Shown: positions 15,119-27,869 of the stretch, one piece after another
Layout of the letters: every line of letters starts with the position of its first letter
Numbering within the stretch: the first letter of the stretch is position 1
DNA from: Octopus sinensis
Taxonomy: Eukaryota
Assembly (NCBI RefSeq): GCF_006345805.1
Contig: NC_043003.1
Span: 71,672,001 to 71,736,000, forward strand
Reading direction: 5' to 3'
Length of the DNA stretch: 64,000 nt
Notes under the pieces: generated by a model
The model's database searches: none
Seen by the model: only the letters and a program-made list of their open reading frames with translations
Told to the model about the DNA's origin: nothing
Translations under genes and position numbers: made by a program

Positions 15119-15540
15119 ATTGTATACAATGGTGAGTTATACCACACTACACCAAAGTACCCACTTTGTTAGGTTTAAAGTGGCGTTGCATACAAATGTG
15201 AGTTTTACCGCACCACACAAAATCATAAGTAGCAATATCTAATGTAGTATTTTCTGTTGTATACAATGGAGAGTTACACTACACCACACCACAGAATCCA
15301 CATTAAAATAGTGTTGTTGCATACAGGTTTGAGTTATACCACACCACATTATAGTACTCACTTAAGTCTAAAGTAGCAGAAGTAGTAGTATCTGTTATAT
15401 ACAACAGTGAATTACACAATAGTACCCAATTTTGTTAAGTTGAAAGAATTGTATATACAACAGTAAATTATATGACACCTCAGGACCTACTTTGTTAAAT
15501 ATATTGTGTTGTTGTATACAATAGTGAGATATATCACCTA
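15119..15540. repeat. decayed ~65-bp minisatellite, about 7 units
   Basis: Core GTTGYATACAAYRGTGAGTTATACCAC recurs at about 15120, 15185, 15256, 15316, 15394, 15451 and 15511. Confidence 0.75.
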
Positions 15541-16424
15541 CCATATTCACTGTTAAAATGATAAGGCTTTCCTCTTGGATACACATTGCTGGTGATAGGA
15601 TATGAACAGTATATCTTTTAGCTATTTTAAAAACTCAGCCATCTGAACAATTTCAAGCTACTTATTAAAACAGTAGATAATTATACAGAACTCCACTGAC
15701 AACAGAAATAATCTGAAGCTGAAGAAAAACAAATTCAACATTAGCATATTCATCTATTATAAGACAATGGTAAGGGCAAAGGAATAGCAAATGTCATGCC
15801 CAGATAGAGTTTATCTTGGCCACATCTGATATGGCCAACACTAGAATTTATAGGTGTCTGGATGAGAAATTGTAGCCAACTCTCAGTAAAATTACATGCC
15901 ACTGTCTTAAAAAAGAAGCTTAAAAAAAAAAAATGGTTATGAGTGGAATGCATTTCATAACAAGCTTCCTCAATCATAGCTGTAATCGTACAGGAATGGA
16001 CTAGATAGTAGAAATTGTCACACTAAACCTACTTAACATATTTAACCACATTATAACAGGATATGTAGTATGATTGTCAGCTAGGTGGTAACACGGTACA
16101 ACGGAACAACAGAGATCTGTGGGACACAAGTTATTTTATCAGCTGCAAGCAATCAATAATAGCTGAACTAGCACTAAGAAAAACTACAAGACATGATTAA
16201 CTGACACCAGACTAATGTGGATTTCTTTACTAGTTACTATCCTTGTCCTATTTGATGAAGTTGTAAATACATTATAGACATCTGCCTAGATTTCTGCAAC
16301 AACATTTGGTAAATATTTGGAAAAGAAAAGATGAAAAGAAAGCAAAATACAAAACTGCTAATGAGGTACTAATAGGAAGGAAAACTGATTCAAAGTTAAA
16401 AAAACAAGTTTTAAATATAACATC

Positions 16425-16477
<53 letters not shown>

Positions 16478-17064
16478 CGTGTGTGTATGTGTATAACTAA
16501 CCTTTCACAGGAGCTATTACTTGGAGAATCATCAGTCTGGTAGCCTAGAAATGATAAATAAATAAATAATTAAATAAATAAATAAATAAATACATATATA
16601 AAAATTTAATTTTTGACAGATACAATAAAAAAACTTGAAGAGCACAATCTGTAAGTCTGTATTTGGAGAATGTGTTAGTGTTGGTAGGTATGGGGGCTAT
16701 GATTGGAGTAAACAAATGTTTAACTCATTGCTGGAAATCTAATGGACTTACAAAAAAAGAGAATGAGAAAAGCGATGGAATAATAGATAAAATAAACGCA
16801 AATGAAAATTTAAAAATGTTTATTATATATGTGCACATACATATATACACACATATAGACAAAAATACATACACACATTTATACCCACATACATATGTAG
16901 ACACATGAACAATTCTGCATTGACACATACATATATATATATAAGCACATGTATAAATATATGCACACAGTTGCACATATACAGACACATGTACACACAC
17001 ATGTCCATGTTTGTGTGTCTATATGAGTGCATGTATACTTATGTACAAGTATATGTGCATATGT

Positions 17065-17939
17065 GCCTTTGGAATGTCATCCTCACTGTATGCAGCTGAG
17101 CATTATCCTGATAGAGAACATTTTTCGTCTTGAAACCAAAGATGGTCATTTTTCATCTAGCACCGACTTAAGCCACTCAAGCTGCTCACAGTAGATCTCC
17201 TTTGTTATTGTTTGGTTTGGGTTTAAAAGTTCAAAGTTGATTAAACCTTTTATATTCCACCAAAAGATAACAACACCTTCTTTAGCCTACTACTGTCTTT
17301 GGTATTTGACACTCTTATAGAGAAACCGTTTCTCATCACCAGTCACTATTCTATCCGAACAAGGTTCACTCGTGAGATGTGACAGCAAAGAAGAGTACAC
17401 ATTCACTCACTGTGCCCGATTAGACTTGGAGAGTTTGTGAAACCCAATTTGCTGACTCTTCCAATGGATGCAGGTGTCAATGAATAATTGAATGACCAAA
17501 TCCAAGCTTTTCTGCTGGCTCTTCAACACATACGATGGGATTTTGTTCCACCAGGGTTTGCAGGACGTCCTCGTTGAGCTCTACAGATCTTCCAAGAGGT
17601 GGCTCGTCTTCTAGGCTGTAGTTTCTGGCTCAGAATTTCTGGAACCACCGCTGACACTAGTTTTGCATTAATATTCCTCATACTTTTCATTGTGTTGTTG
17701 CTTTTATTAAACTCATAAAGCAAAATATGCTGAATATGCTTCTTTGTCACTTCCATTATAGCTTTGAAAAAATAACTGTTAAAATCGAACTGCACTCTTC
17801 AAAACTTGCATTAAGAATAAGTACAAAGTAAAATTACTACCTGCTTGTATAGCAAGTTGATACATGTAGTTTATCCCATCCCCATCTAACTTTTAGTTCA
17901 TGCTATTGAAAAAACCAGATTATTTATAGGATGACCCAA
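17065..17939 (-). mobile_element. mariner transposon remnant (5' TIR present, 3' end lost)
   Basis: TIR TTGGGTCATCCTATAAAT next to TA. ATG at 17756 gives MEVTKKHIQHILLYEFNK; DNAQLH motif near 17100. Confidence 0.85.
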
Positions 17940-18172
17940 TAGAAAAGGAAGTTAAGAGAACTATTTCTTCTGTTGTTAATAAAAAGCCTTTTTCTTCAGA
18001 GTGAAAGGCAGACTGCATGATGTGTGTTTATGAACAACAATAGTTCATGGTTTTGAAATGTGAGCCATGAATACAGAAGACATGTGAACACTAGAAAGAA
18101 ATGAAGCTAGCATGATCTGCTGGATGTGTAACATAAGCGTGCATGCACAACAAAGTACAAATATATTATAAG

Positions 18173-18563
18173 TAGGGCCATCGCTAAGCCCCTGCAACCT
18201 CTGTGGCTACAGGGGGCCTCCGCAATTGAGGGGCCCTATGTTAAGATCAAACTACATATATGAGCCTTCTGTTTACTTTGGTTAAGTTGTTAACAGAACA
18301 TTTCAAGTCAGAGGAGGAAAAAAAAAATACGAGGTTGTACAGTAAATAACTTAAAAAGAAACAAAATAAGTAAATGTAAAAAGCTTTTCCACTAGGAAAA
18401 TAAAAGAAAAACAAAAGAAATCCAAAACAATGAAAATAAGCACAACTTCAAAAGAAAAAACAAAAAGAAGCGATGATGATGATGATGATGATGATGAAAG
18501 GTGGGGGTTGTATACTTATACATATGTACAAACATACATAGAGGCATACATTCATACATATTC

Positions 18564-18606
<43 letters not shown>

Positions 18607-18900
18607 CGCGGCTGGCTATTATCTATTTTGGTCTACCAAATCATTCATAAGGCATTGGCCAGCTCAGAGAGAGTGAGAGAGAGACATGTATCAAACACGG
18701 CTCTTAGTCTCTCCCTCTTTCTCTATCCATTTCTCTCTCTCTCCCCCCCCTCACACCCCATATATATATATTTTTTTGGTGTTGTTATTTGACATTGAAA
18801 AGCTGGTCACTTTGTACCCAGAAAGTGGCTTTGATCTCCTAAGGCAATAAAAACTGGAGACAAAATTCTTTCTGTAACAAAAACAAGTCATGCATATGTG

Positions 18901-18937
<37 letters not shown>

Positions 18938-19225
18938 GCACGCACGCACACACAGTAGTTTGTGTGTGTGTATGTATATGTGTGCATCTATCTATGTACA
19001 GAAGGGTAGGAAAAAGATATACCATTGATTTTTTTTATACGTGTTGTATTTTAGAATCATTACAGCAAAGTCTGCTGTGATGATTCTAAAATACAACAAG
19101 CTGTAAGGTATTACGCTTGGGTTTTGTAGATAATAAAGGTGTGTAGAGTATGAATTTTGATTTATGAGATGGGGTCTCAAACCAAAAAGTTGCAGGGGGC
19201 ATCTAAAAGTCATGCGATAGCCCTG
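18173..19225. mobile_element. non-autonomous hAT element with 8-bp target-site duplication
   Basis: TIRs TAGGGCCATCGC / GCGATAGCCCTG; identical ATTATAAG at 18165-18172 and 19226-19233; GGGGGC subterminal motifs; internal microsatellites and a SINE scrap. Confidence 0.85.
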
Positions 19226-19239
19226 ATTATAAGAAAAAT

Positions 19240-19500
19240 TGGGTATAAGAGGCATCACATGTAAGTAATGTGCAAGAGAGAAGACTGCACTGGTATGGTG
19301 ATATGATGTATATAGATGCATAATTAAAAGTAACAATCACTTAAAGTCGATGGGGCTTGTGGAAGAAGGAGACCCTTGAAGATGTTGGACAAAGTAATGA
19401 AAACCAACCTCAGGTTGTAAAACATCAGCAAAATAAAAAACTGAGATGGTTGCTGATTCACTTTGCTCAAGAAGTCTCATCCATCTAAAAAAAAATGAAG
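19240..19500 (+). mobile_element. old RTE LINE 3' coding fragment
   Basis: VQERRLHWYG and GACGRRRP, homologous to the RTE at 40620-40760. Confidence 0.65.
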
Positions 19501-21239
19501 TCCTAAAAGACTATTGTTTTGACTATGTCCCCACAACCCATCTTCCCAACACCCATTCCTCCATCACTCTTCTAATTACAGCCCTACCTAAGCTGCTGTT
19601 TATTATAATGATATGGGAGCAGAGATGCACATATTTCATCCCAAACACTTTTGTGCTACTAGTTATCTCTCTTTGGAGCCAATTCCCAACGTCATCCACC
19701 TCATATTCTCAATAACAAACAGTACTACTACTGAACACAATTTTATATCAGCAATCAACTCCACCCCCTCCTATTTTCATCACTCTCTTCCCCCATATTC
19801 ACTCCTACATACCTCTGAACTGCAGCACTGTGTCGAGCTTCAATGTCAGCTTTGGCAAGATTTCTATAGCTGAATACCTTTCCAATTGCTAACCACTTTA
19901 CAGAGTATGTGCTGGATGCTTTTATATATTTTTCAGGCCATCAGCACTAGTGTAATTCCTGAGTTACTTTGCAAGGGAAATGGAAAGTTCCCTTGACTGA
20001 GAGTAGGATGTATCCAAGAGACAAGGTGGTGGCTTTTATGCCATGTGTTGGGAGGCTAGTGTGTGATGGAGGGACAAGCACAGGTGTCATGTTGTAGAAA
20101 GGATTTATGGCTACCTCACATTATATAAGGGTGAGTGGGTGCAGCTGGAAAGAATAAAGAAATGGTGGTGACAAGCTGCCAGAGCATCTCAAGATACAAG
20201 AAGGCAAATATAAAGAGAATATAGAGAGCAGGGGGGGGGGGGCAAGGGAGGGGGTTAATTTCGTATGTCAGAGGAAGGTAGCTGATGGTTAGAGTTGGGG
20301 GTAGTAGTTCAAAAAGGATATATGAGAAAATGGGAGGATTTATGAGCAAAGTATTACACAATGACAGAAATGAGGGTCAGAGGGGTGGGTGTAGTGAACA
20401 GGACAACAATGGTTGGCTTTGCATTGGTGGCCGCAGATATGAGAAAATGATAGTGAATATGAATAGTGTTAAAGATGAGGTATGGTAGCTCTCAGGGGAA
20501 TGAGAAATAAATCAAAGCACAAAAAGGGGTAATTGTGTAGGAAGGGATGATAATGAGAATGAGGGATGGCTGTTAATAGGAAGTAGTTTCAAGGAAGAAG
20601 GAGACAATTGGTAGCTCAAGAAAAAGGATGGGACAAAATATGTGCCAATTCTGTTTTCAATTCTGATTACAGCAGTTGAGAAAAGTGATAGAAGGAAGAG
20701 TGTTAGGAAGAGTGCAGGGTTAGGAAAGCAACATGTACAGGCATAAATAAAATGTTCTCAGGATCTAATTTTTTCCATGATGGACAAGTTTTAGCACAGT
20801 AAATCACTAATCATCACAGTTCCTTTGTCAGTGCTTACTACTTTATCTCGTGTCTTCCTGAGTCTCTCCCTTCCACATATTTCCTCCCCAATTTCTTTTT
20901 ACAACAACATTGTTCATAACACACATGGGTTATTGGTGCAAGGGATTCTGCAATGCTGGTGCTTTGATATATTGTGTCTTGTCAGCTGGAAGTACCTGAA
21001 CCTTTAAGCCAAAATAAACTGACATTATTTATAATTTCAGCAAATAAAATTGTTTGCTGATCAGTGCTTATATCTGCCAACTGATAAAAGATCATTATTT
21101 GCACTGTGTACAGTGAGATCTCAAATGATTTGCATACTTAATCATTGTCACTGCAAAGCATCTCAGTTTTATCAATCAAAATAACCTCTGGTACCAAAAC
21201 ATCCAGACATTATTCACATACAATGAGAGGTAAGTCTTA

Positions 21240-21450
21240 GTTTGATTTTTTTTCATTTCAACCCTAAAGATTTTGCTCATGCATTCACAGCAAACAAGGC
21301 ACAGACCTTAGATTGTGTAGGTGTATTTTTACCCACTCTGACTTTTACACATGGCCAGTTATATGTCACTACGAGTAGAGCAATGGACTCCAGTAATTTG
21401 AAAATTAGTGTCAACCAAACAGAAAATATCTAGAAAGAAGTTTTGTAATC
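21240..21450 (+). mobile_element. Helitron RepHel (PIF1-like helicase) C-terminal remnant
   Basis: AFTANKAQTLDCVGVFLPTLTFTHGQLYVTTSR..TENIxKEVL matches the Helitron helicase motif TINKSQGQTL..VFSHGQLYVAxSR..NIVYKEVL. Confidence 0.85.
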
Positions 21451-21787
21451 ATGTCGATATCAAAAGGAATATGATTCATAATTTAAATAAGAAATTTTGG
21501 GAACTTTGAATGTATAAGAGTATAACAAGCATAAAATAGTGTAAACAACTAAAATAAAAGTATATCTATATAACATTTTTTTCTTATGTAGTGGTAGAAG
21601 AAAGCTCTAGCTTTTGTTAGGAGTGGTCCACATAACGATTCATGGTACAGAGGCTGGGAACCTATTTCAATCCGGGAGTGAATCGTCATCATATGTCACT
21701 TAGTCACAAACATGTCATATAGCTGCAATAGCTGCATCACCAAAAATGATGTGGTTTCTCTCAGACATCACTGAGTAATCTATCAAG

Positions 21788-22171
21788 TCTCTTTTACTCT
21801 TTTACCTGTTCCAGTTATTTGACTGCGGCCATGCTGGAGCACCACCGTTAGTCGAGCAAATCGACCCCGGGACTTATTCTTTGTAAGCCTAGTACTTATT
21901 CTATTGGCCTCTTTTGCCGAACTGCTAAGTGACGGGGACATAAACACACCAGCATCGGTTGTCAAGCAATGCTAGGGGGACAAACACAGACACACACATA
22001 CATATATATGACAGGCTTCTTTCAGTTTTTGTCTACCAAATCCACTCACAAGGCATTGGTCGGCCTGGGGCTATAGCAGAAGACACTTGCCCAAGATGCC
22101 ACGCAGTGGGACTGAACCCGGAACCATGTGGTTGGTTAGCAAGCTACTTACCACACAGCCACTCCTGCGCC
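21788..22171 (-). mobile_element. SINE family A, full length
   Basis: Complete head-to-tail homology with the 7503 and 50057 copies; (TAAAAGAG)n tail. Confidence 0.92.
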
Positions 22172-22580
22172 TATGCGTCTATTTACAAATTTCTCAATAC
22201 AGACTGCTGTTATGACTTCCTTCTCTCATTTTACGCCTCCATCATAGATGGGTAGATTTGCTAGTACTTATAATAATACAAGCTTAATACAACAATAAAT
22301 CAAATATAATTATAATTACTTTACAGAAGATTTTCTAATTCTTAAATACTTTCAAATATATTTGATAAACATGCAGTGTATTGTTGTTAGAATGTTAAAG
22401 TGGATAGTAACATAATGTAATTAACCAACAAAGTTTAATTAAACTGCATTACAAGTGCAATGACGAAAAATAGTATTTTAATGAATGAGTCAAGCAAGGA
22501 AATAAAAGGGGAGAAAACACTGGAATTTAAATGATTAAAAAGTAGAACTGAATTTGCTCTTTAGTAAAATAATGACAATT

Positions 22581-22622
22581 CTGGACATGTTTCAGTATTA
22601 TAAGACCTCCTCAGCTGTGTCT
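22581..22622 (-). ncRNA. degenerate minimal hammerhead ribozyme motif (Penelope-like element type)
   Basis: Minus strand reads CTGAGGA-GGT(CTTATAAT)ACT-GAAA-CATG-TC: catalytic core boxes, palindromic stem III and a GUC site. Stem I is poorly conserved. Confidence 0.45.
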
Positions 22623-23172
22623 AACTAATTCTTCCAGATCTTAGAATAATAAACAGAATATTACTACCAGATCTTAGAATAACGAACACAAAACAGAACA
22701 GATGAAACAGTTCATCCTGAATATTAGGAGTAGGTATAATTTGAAAGTGGAATACCTGCTCCTAATATCTAGAGATCAACTAAGACATGGGGTAGGCATG
22801 GAGAGGAAGTCTTCCCAGAGATACAGCAAAATATTCACAGACAATTTGAGCTTGTATTTATTTAGGTGATTGTTTTATACTTTAGCCATTGAAGTATTTT
22901 AACCTACTGAATATCCAGAGATATGTAAGAATGTTTCATATGCCAATAGCCATCATTAATTTTATTGCAAGAAATATTACTGCTTCTGTTTTAATTTCAA
23001 AGAATTCTCTCAAACCAACTGAAAGTAGTCTAACTGCAGCAATAAAACAAACAAACATTTAAAAAAATACAATACCATGTTTGAAATAATTATTTTATAG
23101 ATTTCATACATTTGTCCAGTGACCTGACAGCATTTGTATTAATTCATCTTTCTCTTTGTTCCAACCACTCAC

Positions 23173-23224
23173 CTGGCCAATCATAACAACCCATTCTCAT
23201 CACATGCAATCTCAGTTTATTCTC
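23173..23224 (-). other. candidate 52-nt internal exon
   Basis: Acceptor GTGTTGTTTCCAG and consensus donor CAG/GTGAGT; open in one frame (ENKLRLHVMRMGCYDWP); no homology recognised. Confidence 0.25.
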
Positions 23225-25039
23225 CTGGAAACAACACTTGAGACTGATAATTCTCAACTTTACTAGATAACAACATTTGTCTACTATTTTTAGTGCCACC
23301 TCACTGCAGCTCATGATTATTACATATACAACTGGTTTAATTGTTTCTCATGTCAGAGCAATTGGAAAGCTTTGTGTAAAAACTTAGCCAAACGGAAATG
23401 AAACTGCATCTTTTATGCAGTCACTGGGAGCAGCACATTTCTATTTATAATCACTGAATAGAATAAAAGGAAACCTGGACAATTGAGGTTATATGACTTT
23501 GTTATAGGAAGGAGAGTAGTACTTATGACCTTTACCAGGGCCTCTGAGACCAATATCACATATCTATATTCTCTTCTGGTTGTATATTGTGACTTATGCC
23601 ATTCCTAATCATCAACAGAATATAAAGAATCTACAAATGGATTTCCTAGCATGAGCAGAAAAGATCTTTATAAAAACTGGTTAACACCTGCAGTTCCTAA
23701 TCTATGGGTTAAGACCCAAATTAGGTTGCAATATAATTCTGATTTGATTATAAAAAATAAAATCTTTTACTTTTAAAATATTCGATATAATTTTAAATGT
23801 TCATATGTAATTATAATAAACCATTGACATAATAAAGGACACAACATCCACTGCAAATAAAAAACTGAGCTACATATTTTTCTAAGAAATATTGTATCCT
23901 ACTGGAATATTTAGAAAAAAATAGTCTTGGAGTCTGATTGCCAACATATGTTGTGATGGTAAAGGATTGAGAAGCACTGTTTTATAATCAAAGACAAAAC
24001 ATCATAAACATGATTCTACACTAAATTTAGCTCAATTTACTAACCTATTTAAAAAGATATTTCTAATGTTAACCAACATCTTTTAGCTTCCATCCAACCC
24101 CTTCTTCCAATTATACTTAGTATCAGTAGCAGTAAAGTCCCAGGTCAGACATGATTGAGCATACTATCAAAAATGCTCCAACCATGACCATTCAAACTTC
24201 TTATATACCAGGGACCACATAATCCAATATATGCTTCATGTCATAAGTCAATAGGTGAGGTTTGATGAATATGTCTACTATTTTTAGCAGGTCTAGTGAC
24301 CACAAAAAGGTGCCCTCATTTACATAAGTCAATCTATAGTGTTGACATATTTTTGGCATATATGAAATTTTGCTACATTTTATTGTTCAGTTTCTGTTTC
24401 CATTGTCTGCATAACAGAATTTCTAACTACTTCCATTTAGGAAAATGATAAAGAGCTTTGGAGATTTCTAATAGTAGTTAATGCCATATTTTTCAAGTTA
24501 CAAACATTTTTAGCAACCCTGAGATGAGCTACACAATGTGAATTGAAGTTAGTTTCTTAGAAAAATTCCACTCTTCTCAGAGCATCTTTAATAGACAAGT
24601 CTTAGAAAGTATCATGTAGACATAGTCTTATATTCTTCAAACAGGGAGTTGTTTTATGCATTCAGACTTTACTTACAACAGATTCACTTGTTTTCCCTAT
24701 TCTTTACCACTCATACTGTGTCCCCCCTCCACCCCAAGGCTCTACACTAATCAAAAATACCCAAACTGTCCTTCTTATTCATAACATTACTCACCAGAAA
24801 TTCTCTCTTTGCCAATGTTCTTCTGGCAGCCATTATCTTAAAGATGTTAAAGAGAAACATTAACTATATTGATGTCAGTTGTCTTGGAAAGTCTGTGTAC
24901 AGTGTGGCTCTGGCCCATTCCTCCATACCAAACCATTAATTGGTAAATTAGTAAACATTTTAAGACAAATCAATAGTTCAGTCTTTGACAGAAATGATTC
25001 CTTTATGCAATACAAAACCAAACTGAACACTATATTTTT

Positions 25040-25248
25040 TTTTACTTATTTCAGTCACTTGACTGTGGCCATGCTGAGGTACTGCCTTGGAGTGTTTTTA
25101 GTTAAACAAATCCACCCAGGACTTAACATTTTCTTTTAAAACCTGGTACTTATTCTATTGAGCTCTTTTATCAAACCACTAAGTTATGGGGATATAGACA
25201 CACCAATACCAGTTTTTAAGAGGTGTTGGGAGACAAATATAGACACAA

Positions 25249-25304
<56 letters not shown>

Positions 25305-25460
25305 GAGTTTCTTTCAGTTTCTGTCTACCAAATCCACTTACAAAGCTTTGGTCAGCCCAGAGTTATAGTTGAAGACACTTGCCCAAGGTGCCACAGAGTG
25401 GAACTAAATGCAAAACCATATGATTGGGAAGCAAACTTCTTACCACATAGCCACACCTAC
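25040..25460 (-). mobile_element. SINE family A, older CpG-decayed copy
   Basis: Collinear homology to the 21788 copy, with expanded internal (TA)n. Confidence 0.85.
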
Positions 25461-25614
25461 TGTAGATTTGCTCTGATACTTCCAAATGTCATCACGCTAT
25501 CAGTCATTAAAACTCTACTTTTCTACCAATGTGTTTCATCAATAACAAGTACTCCAAAGAAACCTCCATGGTGTCAATCACTCAATTAGGAATAGCTATA
25601 AATAATGCAATCTC

Positions 25615-25775
25615 AGAGTGGTTGGTGTTAGGAAGGGCATCCAGCTGTAGAAACTCTGCTAGATCAAGACTGGAGCCTGGTGCAGCCATCTGGTTCACCA
25701 GACCACAGTCAAATGGTCCAATCCATGCTAGCATGGAAAGCGGATGTTAAACGACGATGATGATGATGATGATGA
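25615..25775 (+). mobile_element. RTE LINE 3' terminal fragment with (GAT)n tail
   Basis: GAGTGGTTGGTGTTAGGAAGGGCATCCAGC...CATGGAAAGCGGATGTTAAACGACGATGATGAT matches the end of the RTE at 40830-40993. Similar scraps at 27340-27525 and 32400-32645. Confidence 0.85.
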
Positions 25776-27869
25776 ATAGTGAGATATCTTTCAACTAACA
25801 TTTTACTATCTTTAAAAACAAAAGGAATGACACATTCAGTAATGTAATCTGAGATACACTATGCCTGAAAACAAAAATGAATAAATAAGCTTCATATGTC
25901 ACAGATGTACTGGAGCAATATATATCATGAGTACACCAGAAATAGATTCTCTTAAATGCCCTGATGGCACAGGCCCACAAGAACTAAATGTTAGATTCTG
26001 TTGTCTAGGAAACATAATTGGGAGAGGAGGTAGTTGCTGTGAAAGTATAGTGGCTAAATTAAGAATGAGCTACTGTTGCCGGTAACAAAATATTTACTCT
26101 CAGGATGAAAGGCAAATTGTATGATGATTATGGAAGAACTTCAATATTGCATGGTAGCGAGACATGGTCCTTGAATGAAAGAAGACTGATGAAAACTAGA
26201 AAGAAAAGAAGTGAGGATGATTTAATGGTCAGTCCAGCATTAACATCAGAGTACAAATGAGCTAAGAAAAGAAACTGCCAACCTCTCTGCTTGCAAATAA
26301 GTTTCCTTCTACCAATTCCACTCACAAGGCTTTAGCTGACCCAGGAGTCATCATAAATGACACTTGCCATAGGTGCCACACAGTGGCACCTTGGGCCCGA
26401 AAACATGCAGCTGAGAAGTAAACTTCTTATGACTTCACCTATATATATGCATGCATGCATATATATCATCATTATCTAACAACTGTTTTCCATGCTGGTA
26501 TGGGTTGGACAAATATATGTATGCTTTCTTGCATGTATGTATGTATGTGTGTGTGTGAGCATATGTATGTTTCTGTTTTCATCTCTTAACATTGCTTCAT
26601 AGTTGTAAATGAGTATCACTGTCATTTGTTTATTCTGTGAAAACATGTCTGGCTATGAGGAAATATTACCTTGCTTGAAAACAGGTAAGGATTGATGACA
26701 GACAGTAGAAAATCTGACTCAATAAGCTTTGTCTGATCCAAGCAAGCATAGAAAAGCGGATGTTATGATGATGATGTATGTGCATATATATGTACATACA
26801 TCATCATTTCATGGTTTCTGAATTGTGTCCCAGATTGATAAGTTTTCTGTCTCTTTGACAGCATCATTGGGTAACCAGCCAGGAGTGATGGCCAGATAAG
26901 TTTACTTGGAGAAAGTACCATCACTGCCACTCCTACTACCATTATTACTCCCAGAACTACTACAACCACCAACACTACTACTAGTCTAATCTTTATCTCT
27001 GATAAACTTGGAGAAGAAATGGAAACATCATACTTGAGAGTAATTTTTACATTTAGAGATAACTTAATCATGTGATGGCGGTGAAGCTGGAAGTTGAGGT
27101 GGTACAGGTGAGGCTTGCTGTTGGTAAAGTTATCAGTGGATTAAACATAAGCTGTCTTTGTAACAGGTTTGGTAGTATGGTTACAAAAATGATTCACAAT
27201 TACATGGTCCTCAGGATGCTAAACTTTTCAGATGAGATAACAATGGACTGAGATACCTGGAGCTTTGCTGTACTCAAGAAGACCTGTACTCCATAGCAGA
27301 AGTGATAAGGTGAATGGGATTGGCCTGCAAGAGTACTGGGCAGGTGCTACAAAAAAGTACTCAGCACACTCTGTAATGTGGTTGGCGTTAGGAAGAGCAT
27401 CCAGCTGTAGAAACTATGCCAAATCAGACTGGAGCCTGGTGCAGCTCTCCAGCTTGCCAGCTCTGGTCAAACCAGCCAACCCATGCCAGCATGGAAAACA
27501 GACATTAAACAATGAGGACGATGATAGTTCTAGATTAGATACCACTGTATGTCATTTTGGGTAGATGTCTACTGGTGCAGCCTCCGGTTCATTGGAGCCT
27601 TGTGAAAGAAGTTTGATAGACAAAACTGTGAGATTAACTGTGGTTAGTCTTGGGAGACAGACTTAATTCTCAATGACAGCTCTAGCTGATAGTTGGTATC
27701 ATTCATCACACTATCCACTCTGTTGTAAGCACTTGGACCAGGTTTCTAGTCTGCAAAGTATTATAGGTTCATTGGTGGTGTTGTCCTTCTTCCACTAAAT
27801 ACATATTACAAAAAAAAAATGATGCATGGGGCTGGTGTAATAGGTGACATTTATGAAAATACAGTGAAG

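Noticed and set aside
15119-15540. CRISPR-like repeat-spacer appearance
   Set aside because: Eukaryotic context, degenerate repeats, linkers homologous to one another, no cas genes
21242-21433. Host PIF1 helicase gene
   Set aside because: Isolated degenerate motif with stops and a deleted residue; a Helitron relic is more parsimonious
25795-25890. Strong minus-strand acceptor TTTTTGTTTTCAG/G as exon 2
   Set aside because: A phase-1 join to the 49.4-kb exon hits a stop after 9 codons and no convincing donor follows
26763-27071. 102-aa ORF with a hydrophobic V-rich stretch
   Set aside because: Derived from an (ACT/ACC)n low-complexity tract; no splice or homology support
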